A stretch of 56,882 nucleotides of DNA, filler included, from Circinaria calcarea (Eukaryota), in the NCBI GenBank assembly GCA_051942165.1. It is 4 parts of 4 records of this genome, joined end to end, with 100 filler letters (N's around TTAATTAATTAA, not from the genome) between each part and the next. Parts side by side here need not be neighbours in the genome. Positions count along the whole stretch, not along the records: positions 1 to 14,180 come from JAVECS010000451.1; positions 14,281 to 28,431 come from JAVECS010000452.1; 2 more parts are not named here. One strand, written 5' to 3'. Both the position numbers and the translations under genes were made by a program. Numbering within the stretch: position 1 is the first letter of the stretch; every line of letters begins with the position of its first letter. Below, piece by piece: positions 11,401 through 23,828 of this stretch. A model generated the notes under the pieces. The model saw nothing but the letters and a program-made list of their open reading frames with translations, was not told the origin of the DNA and ran no database searches.

Positions 11401-13631
11401 ATGTCCTCACCGCTGCCCTTCTCATCGCAGATTTCTTCCACGTCGGGGGGTCATCGCCGAAAATCTCGATTTACATACAAGCACCTATCGCTACTGAGCT
11501 CTTCATCCACAACATGTCCACTTCGAGTCATTGCCCACATCGACCTCGATGCCTTTTACGCACAGTGCGAGATGGTACGATTAAATATCCCCGAAGACCA
11601 ACCGCTCGCGGTACAGGTATGGTACTGAATCTAAGCCCCAGGCGTCGTGAAGGATATACTGATACGGTCCGGCAGCAATGGCAAGGTCTAATAGCAGTCA
11701 ACTACCCTGCAAGGAAATCCGGCATGAGTCGATTCATCGCAATAGCAGAAGCAAAGAGACTCTGTCCAAATCTCATCATGCAGCATGTAGCCACATGGAA
11801 GGAAGGGGACGAGAAGTGGGCATATCATCCGGACGCGTCTGCAAACATGGCAACTCACAAAGTGTCCCTCGATCCCTATCGACTCCAGTCGCGTAGGATT
11901 CTTGCCTGTATCAAAGATGTGCTACCTGCGCCGCCGGTACAGAGGGTGGAAAAGGCTAGCGTTGACGAGGTCTTTTTAGATTTATCTGCGCAGATACATT
12001 CTATAATGATGGAAAGATACCCTGAAATCAATGGCCCCGCACCCTACGATGACCCTACCGAGAATCTCCCACGACCTCCTACCACAGCTCTAGATTGGAA
12101 TACAGATGCGTTGGTGGATCTCGACAGTACGGAAACTGAAGACGATGATCCCGATTGGGATGATATTGCCATGTTGATCGGTTCGGAAATCATACGTTCG
12201 GTACGTGCTGCGATTTTGGAGCGCCTAAAGTACACATGTTCCGCCGGTATTGCCCGCAACAAGATGCTTGCCAAGCTTGGGTCTGCCTTCAAGAAACCGA
12301 ACTCGCAAACAATTGTGCGGAATCGAGCTGTACAGCAGTTTCTCAGTGGTTACAAATTCACCAAGATTCGGAACCTTGGCGGTAAGCTGGGCGAACAGAT
12401 TGTATCAACCTTTGGGTCGGACCAGGTCGAAGACTTACTCAAGGTTTCCATTGAGCAGCTCAAGTCTAAGCTCGGAGATGATACTGGCTCTTGGGTGTTT
12501 CAAGTCATTCGGGGAGAGGAGTACGCCGAAGTGAACTCCCGCACACAGATCAAGTCGATGCTCAGCGCCAAGTCCTTTCGCCCTAGCATCAACAGTTTCG
12601 AGCAAGCAGTACGATGGTTACGCATCTTCGTAGCTGATATCTTTTCGCGATTAGTCGAAGAAGGGGTTCTGGAGAATAAACGAAGACCAAAGACCATGAA
12701 CCTGCATCATCGACAAGGCGGCCAGATGAGATCACGCCAGGTTGCAATTCCTTCAGGGAGAGCGATAGATGAAGTTCTTTTGTTTGAATTGGCAAAGAAT
12801 CTAATGGGACAAATCATTGTCGATGGTCGGGCGTGGCCGTGTGCAAATTTGCAGCTAAGTGTAGGTGGTTTCGAGGATGGTCCAACAGGTAATCGAGGTA
12901 TTGGCGGATTTCTTGTTAAAGGGGAGGAAGCCAAAGCCATGCGATCTACCGTACGAGGAAGTGGACCTCAGGATTTGGGAGATGGGAGACTGGAGAAGAG
13001 GCGGAAGATTGACGATGGAGGAATTCAAAAGTTCTTTGTTAAAAAGGAAGAAAGTCGAGAAGAGCACGATGATGAGTTTGGCGCAAGAGATGAAATGACA
13101 ATCGCGAAACCAAATCCTTCCTCTCCTCGTGACGACGATTCAGAACTCGATCTCGATGGAGCAGAAAACCAGAACCAAAATAACAACGCTACAACTCCGC
13201 AAGACCCGCTCACCTCGTCCAACAATCAAACCCCCAAGACTGCACCAACATCACCATCAATCTACCTCTGTCCCCGCTGCCCCATCCCCACCCTTATCCC
13301 TCCATCCCAAAAATCCGAACATGAGGACTGGCATTTTGCCAAAGATCTCCAGGCTTTGGAGCGTACTTCCACTTCCACCGTCACCCTCTTACCCGCTGCC
13401 AATCCATCAAAACCATGGTTGGGCGGTAAGGCAACCGAGAACAAGGAAACCGAGAGCGTGCGGAAGCAAAAAGGGCCTAAGAAACCGGGTGGTGCTGGTG
13501 TGGGAACCGGCACGGGGAGCGGAAGTAGCGGTGGCGGTGGTGCTGGTGCCGGAGGAGCAGGAGCAGCGTCAGGGTCCGGGTCCGGGAAGAAGGTCGAAAA
13601 GGGACAGAGCCGGTTGGTTTTTGGGCGGTAG
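11401..13631 (+). CDS. RAD30: DNA polymerase eta (Y-family; Rad30/Eso1 polymerase type); intron 11617-11675
   Basis: IAHIDLDAFYAQCE, QQWQGLIAVNYPAR and KASVDEVF catalytic motifs; CSAGIARNKMLAKL; UBZ finger CPRC...HEDWHFAKDLQ; PIP/RIR-like GIQKFF and C-terminal GQSRLVF. Confidence 0.96.
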
Positions 13632-14180
13632 ATGGGAAATTTCAAATGAAGCTCTAGTCTAGTCGCATTTTTTTAAAAAAAATCAACAGACAGAATAGAA
13701 TAAAATAGAATAAAACAGAACCGAAATCTCCCTCAAATTTTCCACAATTCTCCCCAACTTCTACCATTTTAAATATTTAAGTATATTAAGAAAACAAGTA
13801 AAAACTCCCCAAAAAAATTTCGGATTTTTTGAGAAATTTTTTGGGTATATATTTTATTTATTTACTTTACCATATCAATCAATTTAAGTTTTTGGCAAAA
13901 AATCAATTCCCAAAAGAATTTGGAGAATTTTTTCCCTTCCTCCGTGGTACGTGGGAAATGGGAAATTCCATCTATCTGCTTATAACCCTGCACCAAACTT
14001 TTTTTTTTTTTTTTAAAAAAAAGCAAGACTCAAAAAAAAAACCAAAAGTTTTTAGTAAAGGTACCCCTTTTTCTCTTTCCCCCCCTTTCCCTCCTATTTC
14101 GCCCTTTTGCCCTTTTTGGCTTTCACCCCTTTTTGGCTTTCAGTTTTTTTTATTTTTAGGGGAAGTGGAGGGGGGAGGGA

Positions 14181-14280
14181 NNNNNNNNNNNNNNNNNNNN
14201 NNNNNNNNNNNNNNNNNNNNNNNNTTAATTAATTAANNNNNNNNNNNNNNNNNNNNNNNNNNNNNNNNNNNNNNNNNNNN
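14181..14280. other. Artificial contig linker (N44-TTAATTAATTAA-N44)
   Basis: 100-nt N run with a central six-frame stop cassette. Confidence 0.98.
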
Positions 14281-14841
14281 AGGCCCCCCCCCCTTCTCTC
14301 CCAGCAAAATATCAGCACCGTCATTTACCATTAAGAATTCTCAAGAACCAGCTATCATTGGCATTGGCATTGAATTTGAAAAGAAATCTATCAAGGAAAC
14401 AAGGTAGAATACGGGAGAGACCACAGGAGCGAAAACGGGGGGAAGATGCATTTGCAACTTTTTTGGGGTATCAAGAACCAGTTGCAGGATTTGTCCCGGC
14501 AGATAATTGGCGAAAAAAAAGGCCTGCCCCCTCATCAGATACTCAGCTCTGGGGCCTGGTGGTATCCACATTTCGGGTTATCACAAGGCTCAGTCACTTG
14601 GATCAGTTCACAGGAGTTGCGATGATCTTCCATATATTTCAGGGCTGTGTCCTGTCATCTCCGATGGATAGAAAATTAAAAGGGCCTTGCTTCTCGGCTT
14701 GCGCTGCATCTAGCTGTAATCATTCAAGAATACTCTTCACAGGCGTAGCTCATCCTGGGCTTCAGTTTCCAACCCCTAGGCCACGAAGCCACGGTTGTGA
14801 CTGTCTATTGCTCTCTCGTCCAAGTCTTGCATATCGGCATC

Positions 14842-16594
14842 TCAGCTAGACCTCAGCACGTTCCTCACCTTTTCCTCCAATCCTCCACTTACATCCTTTG
14901 CACGCCGAACGGCCGTATTAACCTTCGAAGCTGCAAGTGCACCCTCGAGTCCAAATTGACTTGGGATGCCTTCGACACGGTGCGTAGAGTTGATGTTCTT
15001 GACGAGGGTGATTTGGAAGCAAGTGGCGGACCCTTGGCGGGAAATGATGGTTGAATACGCGAGGAAATACTCCCAGATCTGGAGGACGATTATCAGCGGC
15101 AGTACTCTCACACCTGGTTTCTGCAATGACTCACTCTGTACCACCGATTCCCATACTTTGCGTCGACTTTTTCTCGGTTTGCTATCCAATTCCGGTACCA
15201 TCTCCAGAGCGTAGCAGAGTAGTGCACACCAACGGTATCTACACCCTTGACTTCGAAGCCCGCTCCTTCCAGCTTATCCACTACCCAACCAAGAGGTGTT
15301 GATGCATCCGCTCCTGGAAAAATGTATTTATTCATGAAGAGACCCCATATCAAATCTTCGTACTGCCAGCATTTACGTAGACCAGCAATCTGCAAGAAGA
15401 ATACTCCATCATCATCTAGCATATCGTACACTTGTGACAGGAAAGTCGAAAAATGCCGTACACCTACATGCTCGGCCATCTCCAAACATGTAATCTTCTT
15501 GTATCCGCCTTCGATTCTAGGAATGTCTCTGTAGTCCATGCAGAGAATTTTACTCCGGCTCTCCTCAATGCCAGCTTTTCGTAGACCATTATTACCCCAT
15601 GCAGTCTGATTTCTTCCAAGAGTTATACCCGTCGCATGTGCTCCGTAATTGACACTGGCATACTTTGCAAGAGTACCCCATCCGCAACCAATATCAAGTA
15701 GCGTCTCACCAGGCTTGAGTCCAATCTTCTCACAAACTATGGCAAGCTTATTATCCTGCAGTTGCTCCAGCGATTCTTCTTTGTTGATATCCGATATTAT
15801 TCCAGAGGTATATATCATCCGAGGACCGAGGAACCAGCCGTAGAAATCGTCGCCTCGATCGTAATGGTCACGAACTTGCTCTTCGTCTAAAATGATAAGC
15901 ATTGGATTTCAAGGGCAACAGAAGAGTGTACTCACCTTGAGAGCGCGTGTGCATAATCACTTCTGGTATCATCCCAGTAAGGAAGAACCGGAACAGGCTT
16001 ATTGTAAAGCGGAAGTTTGCCCAATCATGTCTGTATTCCATAATATCCAACGCATCACCCTTGAAGTCGACGGCGCCATCAAAGTACATTTCATGGAATG
16101 TTTCCATTGGTATCTTACTTTTGCCATGGTATTTGGCGCGGTTGATCTCGCTGTGAAAGTGTAGGTAGTGCTCCACAGGCCTTCCAGGATATCGAACTTT
16201 TTCATTTTTCCGTGGAGAGATGCGTGAAGCCACCGACCAGAATGTTAGGAGGATAGGCAGGAAAGTAAGAATGGCAATGAATAGCCACGTGAGGAGGCCT
16301 CCTCCGGCCTTACGAGCGAAGTAGGCGGGGATTAAACCGATGAGGGAGAAAAGTAGGATGTTGCTAAAGGTCTCGCTGCCAGCGGCGTCTGCGGGTAGCG
16401 GAGCATTCTTTATGCATGGATACTATCATGATGGGTGAGTTATAGACTCAATTGGGTGTAGGGTTGACAATTTGCAGAGAACTGACTGTTGTAGTTCTCA
16501 CGCCATAGTCTTCGGTGGGGGGTGTTGGCGTTGGCGCCGCTGGTGTCTCAATGAACTCAAAGTCATCAGATGCTTCTGATCCTGACTTCGACAT
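14842..16594 (-). CDS. Sphingolipid C9-methyltransferase (cyclopropane fatty acid synthase-like SAM methyltransferase); introns 16423-16486, 15887-15935, 15079-15134
   Basis: N-terminus DDFEFIETPAAP, two TM helices, HTRSQ|DEEQVRDHYDRGDDFYGWFLGPRMIYTSG, SAM motif LLDIGCGWG, LEMAEHVG, MNKYIFPGAD, RQGSATCFQITL. Confidence 0.94.
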
Positions 16595-17318
16595 GGCAGG
16601 AGTCAGGTGATGTTGAGCGTATGGAGGAGACTGTCAGTATATATTTGGTGTTCCGTACCTCCAACAGTGCAATTCAATTAACTTTTCGTACAAAAACTTG
16701 TACCTGCATGGAGCTAAGCAAGGGTCCGGCCATTATTTCAACCGACAGCGCCTATTCGCTTCGCAGATAGCTTAGGGTTAGATAAGCTCTCGACGTTCAG
16801 CAATTGGGCTCCAAAATCTCTACTGGGTTAGCTTCTCTTCTCCAAATTTTGAGTTCGATACGGTAGAGAACATATAGGTATTCTACTCCTGACAGGATCA
16901 GCCTAAAGACAAAGGCGTGATCCCCCACGAAAGGATCGAGTGAGTAACAATCTTTCTATTTCACTAGCTTCCCATATCAAGCGATCAGGGGGATTCAGTC
17001 AAGTCCATCGCAGCAGTCTCAACAACCTTCCTGGTTCAGACACGCTGTAAGGCCAATTGTTCTTTGAGCAGCTTTTGACGTGACTCTTGTAATTTCTCAT
17101 CAAAGTCGTCTACTTGTATCATGTTATAGGTCCTACGTCATAGTTACAACGATAAAACGAACAAGAGTTAACGCAAGTTCAGCCAGTTTGAAGCTTCATA
17201 TATTACTCTTCAAAGGTCCGACCTTTGCCCTTTACCTAGCATCATTTAGACAATCGCCATTTTTTTTCTCCCCCCAGAACTGCTAGTATACTATAAGGAA
17301 CAGCGAGTTCCAACGTGT

Positions 17319-18172
17319 ATGGTTAATATGAACGACCTGACCCTAGCCGGCAAAACCGCTATCGTCACCGGGGCCTCTCGAGGGATCGGTGCCGGGATCG
17401 CACTAGAGCTGGCCAAACGCGGTGCAAATGTAAGTAAGCCAAACCCTCAAGCCAAGCTCGAAGAAAATACCATATCACGGAACTGACACCTAAACGACAG
17501 GTAGCAATCACCTACACATCACCCACCAGCGAATCCCCCATCAACAGTCTCCTCGCTACAATCCACGCCCTCCCATCCGCACCCTCAGCGATCAAAGTCC
17601 GCGCCGACCTCCGCCAACCAGAAACACCCCAACACATCGTCCAAGCGACCCTCTCCGCATTCCCAGCACACAAGCACATCGACATCCTCGTCAACAACGC
17701 CGGCTGCGACCTAGTCAAAAACCTCGCCGACCTCACTCCCTCCGACCTAAGTCTCGTCTACGACCTCAACGTCCGCGGCACCCTCCTCATGACCCAAGCC
17801 GTGCTGTCCCATCTACGCTCCCCGGGCCGGATCATCAACATCAGCTCCGTCGGCGCCCGCGCCGGTTTCGCAGGCCTCTCGGCGTACTGCTCTTCAAAAG
17901 CCGCAGTCGAAGGCTTCACACGTTGTTGGGCGGCTGAGCTCGGTCCGGCCGGGCATACCGTCAATGCGGTGAGCCCTGGACCGACGGAGACAGATATGAT
18001 TGCGAATATTCCCGAGGCGATTGTGGAGATGCAGAAGAGCCAGACGCCGGTAGGGCATCGGATGGGTACGGTGGATGATGTCGCTCAGATTGTGGCGTTT
18101 TTGGCGGAGGAGAGGAGTCGGTGGATCTCGGGCCAGGTGATATCTGCGTCGGGCGGGTGGGCCATGTATTGA
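17319..18172 (+). CDS. Classical short-chain dehydrogenase/reductase (FabG-like); intron 17430-17500
   Basis: TGASRGIG Rossmann motif, LVNNAG, GRIINISS, catalytic YCSSK, VNAVSPGPTETDM; GTAAGT..ACTGAC..CAG intron. Confidence 0.93.
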
Positions 18173-18835
18173 AAGGTGGAAAGCAAATAAGGGCTTCCCT
18201 CTTTAGTTCGTTGGTGTGAAGTTATCTTATGGTTAGAAGAGGCGCGCCTTTTTGGTAGTGATAATGGTCTAGTCACCTAAACTAATGTATCTACACTTTA
18301 TACAAAGACACGTAGCGGCTTCTGGAAGTATAGTGGAGACATGTACATATTTCTACTTGGTTCTATTTCCGAAAAAGCTATGGTGTATCGGCTATGCATC
18401 ATGACAACATCCGAAAAGGTCGACTCGCTCGATATACGATTACACATGACAGGAAACGCAAACAACCAAGTCCGAAGAAGGAGCCTGCTCATCACTCACT
18501 TTGACCCATATCGAGGACAGCGGTATATAAGAGACGACGCTATAGATTCTGGAAGGAACGGGGAGGTATAGGTCAAATTGGTCTTGTGCAAGGTAGGCTC
18601 TTTGATAGCTGGCTTAAAGTTGGTAAGGCTAGGTGAGTGGGATGTGTTTGCGTTGTGCTTTCTTTCACGGGATGCCCAGACTTGATTTGATGGCCTTGAA
18701 CACTGCGTTGAGCTATGCTGGACCTGGTACTGTAGACTGGCGGAAACTGCTGCATGTCGCAAAGAATACTGGAGTCCTCCTCCTCGTATATAATCGACAA
18801 TAGTTCACATATGTCCGGAATCAGACCTTTGATCT

Positions 18836-21800
18836 CTAATTCACCAACTTCCTCAAGGACTGATACTTTCCATCTGCTAATCCTGTAGGCAAATGTGCCA
18901 ACACCTCCGGTAGCCGATAAGAGTTAAACGGTAACCTCTCTATCCGTATGGCTTCCAGGATGTAGTTACTGACCGTAGATGCTTGCAAAGGAGGGTCTCG
19001 CAGTATTGACGCAGCTTCCAAGACCTCTTTGTCCGAGTGATGCCAGAGAAAGTAGGCCCTCAGATAAGCAGGGGTGGCCTTTACTTTGTAATCGCTGGGA
19101 AGAGTGACTCGCCACTGTTGAATCCACCCCTCCGCAGCGATTATTTCAGGGGGTTTGTCTAAACACGATTTCGATTTTGCTGCTTTTGACAGCTTTGCAG
19201 GTGGCTGAGTCCCTTCGCTGTCTTCGATTGCGATATTGAGAAAATCTCTGGCCATTTCTTCAATGTCTATTGGTTGACTTCTATCATCTTTGATGGGGTT
19301 CTCGTTGGTAAATTCTTCCAGCTCGTCATATGTTGACACGGTGCGCCCATTCGCAAGCCGGATTGGTATGTTCAACTCTGCGTGCTCTGGGCGCGGTGGT
19401 GTAGGGACCAAAGCCTTTCGCTTTCCCTCCATAACATCGTAAAGCTGTAACCCAGCATACGAGTCCGACGCGGCGTATTGAATCTGCTGATAGCTGAGGT
19501 CCTGGGTCCAATCACTTGAACGAACCTCTCCTTTCCACATCGGTAATTGTAGGTGTTCCTCGACTTGCTGTGCAAGCGCCACAAGCCTTTTGTCAATCTT
19601 TTTGATATTGCCATCAGAATATCTGACCAGCTTGTATAGATGGCTGAGCTCGAAAAGGCCGCGCGGTTGGATTGCCATAAACTTGCGTAGTCTTGTACAG
19701 TCTGCCTTTACGGAGACCCCTGCCTTGGTGATGTTTGGATCTTCCATGATTTGTCGAAGAGTAGGGGAGACGAGATTTTCAATTCCGTCTTTGCCAAATC
19801 TCGCAATATGAAACAGGGCTATTCGCTCTTCGCTTGCCAGCTGTACCAAGGACACGTTGTTTTTGATGCCGTCACTAGGATTAGCTCCTGGTTTCCATTC
19901 AATATCAAACCCAAGAACTTCCTCATTGAGGAACAGCTGCGCTATTCGTTCCGTTGCCTCTATAGTTTTACAGTAATGTACCCTTGGCTTTCTTCCTGTA
20001 GCGTTTTCATGTAAAGAATATTGCCAATACGCTGCACCTGTAGACCGGGAAGCCAGCATGGCCTCTCTCAGTCTCGATTCGGGTATCTGGTATTTTAGAT
20101 ACACATGATCGGTAGACAAAGCTCCGTCTGCTTTATCGGACTCATCAGTAGTAAATGAAGGGACTCCAGCGATAACATCTTCTCCCTCTGCTGTAGGCGA
20201 ATCATCAGGATCTAGAGTAGAAGAGAGCTTTTCACCCGAATGGGCACCGGTCTGGATGCTGTGATATTTCCTAATTTGAGTTGGTTGCAAGAGTGGTCTT
20301 CGATACCAAACTCCGTCTCCCCCCTTTGTCACTCCCTTGGGCGACTGATATATGTTGGATAATCCTTTAGCAACTTTTCGAATTGACACCTTTTGCACTC
20401 CTCGACGAGCTTCAGATGACAAACCTTTATGTATTACTGCTTCAGCAGACCTTGAGATATTGTCATGTTCATCTACAAGATCTGGCGTTGCTGCATTAGA
20501 TGCCATTTCCATCGATCTTCTCAACGTTATTGATTGATATGCATAGAGACATGGCTGCATTGATGAGATCTGCAATCTCAAAGCCTTAAGCATTCCTTTG
20601 CATTTCTGGAAGGCTCGGTAATTTTTATCCGACATCCACCTGAGTCCATGCCAGTAGTCTATCGCCCCGGAACTCAAATACTGGATGTGCTTTACCCTCT
20701 CTGTGATACGACTCGAAAAATCGCTGGCATTATCAAAATGTTCTCTGCTTAGCGTGCCATATCCTTTATCGCATACCTGCCAGACGTCTCTTGCCATCTC
20801 TGACATGTTGAAGAAATAACTCCCTGGGCGATTTGTATCATTTCTCCTCGAGATCTTAGCCCAAATAGTACGAATCTCCTTCCAGTGTGAGCCTGAATTG
20901 GAGACGCAGTTCCTCTTCAAGTCGTAGAACCGCAGACTTAGCTCTTGGTCAGCTGCTCCGTAGTCATCGAAAGGCGCACTTACACGCGCTTTGTTGACAA
21001 GATACAACAAAAGCTGTTGACTTTCCAGATTTAAGGTTGAGTATCTATCGAATTCGACTCCGAAACGTCGAAAGTGGCGATACAAATCCATAGATACTCG
21101 AAGCTCATTACGAAAGAGCCTTACCTCGTCCCGCATGATACGCAAACGACATCTTAGGATAGACGACTTCGCCATTTTTTCCACAATCATAAGGGCTGCC
21201 ATCAATCCACCATAGCCTAAAATAGTTTGCTCATATGGCTTCCTAGAAGCGGACCCAGAGCCTATGCCATTAACTGAAAACAATGTGTCGGAAAACAAGT
21301 GGTCATCCTCGGAGTATAGTTTTTGTGATTCAGCCTGTGGGAAACCAAAGCCCTCTGACGGACAATCCTTTACTTCGGCCAATCCGTAATACTTTTCCCA
21401 GGAGCTATCTTGAGGATCATCACTCTCGTCAATGGACTCCAAACTGTCTGTCCTGGGGTCTGAAACTTCGAGTAATGACGGTTGATCTGTTGCTTTCATC
21501 CTCAACGGACGTGAATCTACCTGCTCGTGATGACATATCTTGTCACCTTCCTCTGACAACAGTCCCAAGTTAGGAAACGAATACGGATTAGGGTTCTGTA
21601 ATGTAAAGGGCTTGTATAGATTCTGCCCAGAGCTGATTTTGTCGGCATGAACTTTAGGGCCCATCTGGCTTGTTGGAACATCAGTCAGCCGCTTGGCCAT
21701 CGTGACAGCATCTGGTAGAATGTTTTCACTTGTACCCTTGGGGCCCAATAGCTGATAAGTTTCTCGGGAAAAATGCATCTCGGTTTTGGTGGCGTTGGAA

Positions 21801-23011
21801 CTTGAGGACTGGGTCGAATTGATTACCTCCCAAGGAGGTGACACGACCCGAAATTGTTTGGTATAATCACCATGATTAGAGATACTGCTTGTTTTCGAAA
21901 GAGGCCTTTTTCTGGCAGTAACCCAGCCTGTTGGTTTACCACCGCAGTAGCTCTGCACTTTTTCCAATGCGCTATATGGATGCTTAAATTGTACTGGGAC
22001 AATAGCTTTCCCAGTGGAAGAGGTTTTTACACAGTCCGAGGACAACTGTGCTGTATTTTGCGTTTTTAGAATGCTCTCTGCTTCTCTAGAAGGTTTCGCT
22101 GTCGGTACTTCTTGAACGGACTGGAGTGCGACTGCAGATTCGATCGCCCCTGAAGATGTTGGAAGTAGTGCCTGTGAGCTCTTCGTATTTGTAGCCTGAG
22201 CTGCATTGTCCTCGGCTTGACCAGCCCTCTTGTCTAGAATATCCCCTTTTTTCACTGCGGTCCCTGCCTTCAATACGTCTCGTTCGGCGGGAGTAAGGCT
22301 TTTACCAATGAGAGCTTTAGCCGAACGATCAGTTGTCAAGTTGGGTTCATTGGTGGACTTCGACTGCTTTCTGACTTGTCCCGAGGTTGGGGCTTTCACC
22401 GAGCCCTGAGACTGGCCACCGGAAACTCGCGGTACAGATGTGGGTTTGCCGACTTGTGGGGTCAATGGAAGTGTTCTCTTAGGTACGCCGGCATCTTCCT
22501 CTTCATCTTTATCTAAAAGTCAGCTATCACGGGATAGAGAAATAGTTGGTCTTTGTTCGCACTTACAGAAAGATTTCCCAAAGATATTTCCCTCGTGGGC
22601 ATGCAATAGCGAACGTGGAGCTTTCTTAGGCATACAGCCCAAACGTGGCCCATTTAGTTTAGGGGCAGAAGTGAAGTGACTCCTCTGATATGAGCTGACT
22701 CCGGGTGCGTTTGTAATAGACTGCTGGGTATGCTTCGAACTAGAGAAGACAATGCCGTAGTCGGACCTCCAAGTACGTTGAGCGGGTTGACCTGAAGGGC
22801 TGTGAAACTTAATGCCCTGGGACGGTTGCCATATACCGCCCAATGCAGCGTTCTCACCAAGCGCGGCAGCATATCCTTCGTCGCCAGGAACACCCCCCAC
22901 TTCGGTTCCCTGATTATTGCTGGCACTAGACATTCTCAAGGAGGGACGGGCGCCATGGCTGTTGTAGACGACGCGACTCAAACTCGATGTGAGCCTGTGA
23001 TGCGGTAACAT
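18836..23011 (-). CDS. ~1373-aa protein with C-terminal WRN/EXD2-type DEDDy 3'-5' exonuclease and HTH; intron 22513-22566
   Basis: ExoI VLGFDIEW, ExoII KADCTRL, ExoIII YAASDSY; VSLVQLAS; SDW motif. GTAAGT..GCTGAC..TAG intron joins the 180-aa and 1209-aa ORFs in frame. Start codon inferred. Confidence 0.85.
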
Positions 23012-23266
23012 AGCAAGGCCGAACCTCCATGCTAAGTAGCTTCGAAGGCGACCCAAGTTCACTGGTCGGATGGGTCGATAGTAGCTAAGTCTTTAATTGG
23101 TATAAAGTAGCCAACTGGTTGGTCAAGCATGAATGTAGATCGCCACTAATTTAGGCGCCGAACTACTTGCCCGCGCTTAGCAGGTGTCATAAGCGACAGT
23201 ATCAATCCTCGCTGTACGAAGCAGCCCTCAAGAAATAAGAAATCAATAAGGAATCGAAGTAAAGCA

Positions 23267-23828
23267 ATGGCTTCTCAACTACTGCCTCTTGGTATGTGCT
23301 CATCTTAAAACTCGGTTCCGTAAGGGGAGTTAGTCCATCCTTGGCTAATAGACCCGAGCAGAGCTGATCGACAAATGTGTTGGCTCACGCATATGGGTTA
23401 TCATGAAAGGCGACAAAGGTAGCAGTTACAATGGCTTGTTATTACGATGGCTGTGTATGATACAGTCACTAAACGTAGAGTAGAATTTGCGGGAACTTTA
23501 CTTGGCTTTGATGACTATGTTAGTATGTTTTACCCGCCCTTTTCAATCTCCATCCTGTAGCACACCAGCTGATGGGCGGAAGACATGGTGCTAGAGGACG
23601 TGACAGAGTTGTCAGTTTCCTACCTTACATCATAGGAAGTATCGTCAGTTTTACTCATGGTGACTCGGTAGTGACTATACTGGCTCACAAGTCAAGTTGG
23701 CAAAGATCCTATTGAATGGGAACAACATCTGCATGGTAAGACGTAACATTATCTATGAAGTACGCTACCTCGCTGATACTTGCAAGCTGATTCCTGGAGG
23801 CGAAGGACCGCTTGAAGCTACGGAATAG
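23267..23828 (+). CDS. LSM5: U6 snRNA-associated Sm-like protein Lsm5 (84 aa); exons 23267-23291, 23362-23418, 23484-23522, 23583-23610, 23672-23735, 23787-23828
   Basis: Spliced product [84 protein letters not shown]. Missed by the ORF track. Confidence 0.96.

Noticed and set aside
13670..14600. Homopolymer-rich tracts and ORFs 13829-14236 and 14358-14849 flanking the first linker
   Set aside because: Look like low-quality contig ends; not credible as coding, centromeric or RIP sequence.
16771..16781. TTAGGGTTAG (CTAACCCTAA on minus) as a telomerase RNA template
   Set aside because: Only ~180 bp upstream of the C9-methyltransferase ATG on the same strand, leaving no room for a 1.5-2 kb TER; more likely a Tbf1-type promoter site or chance.
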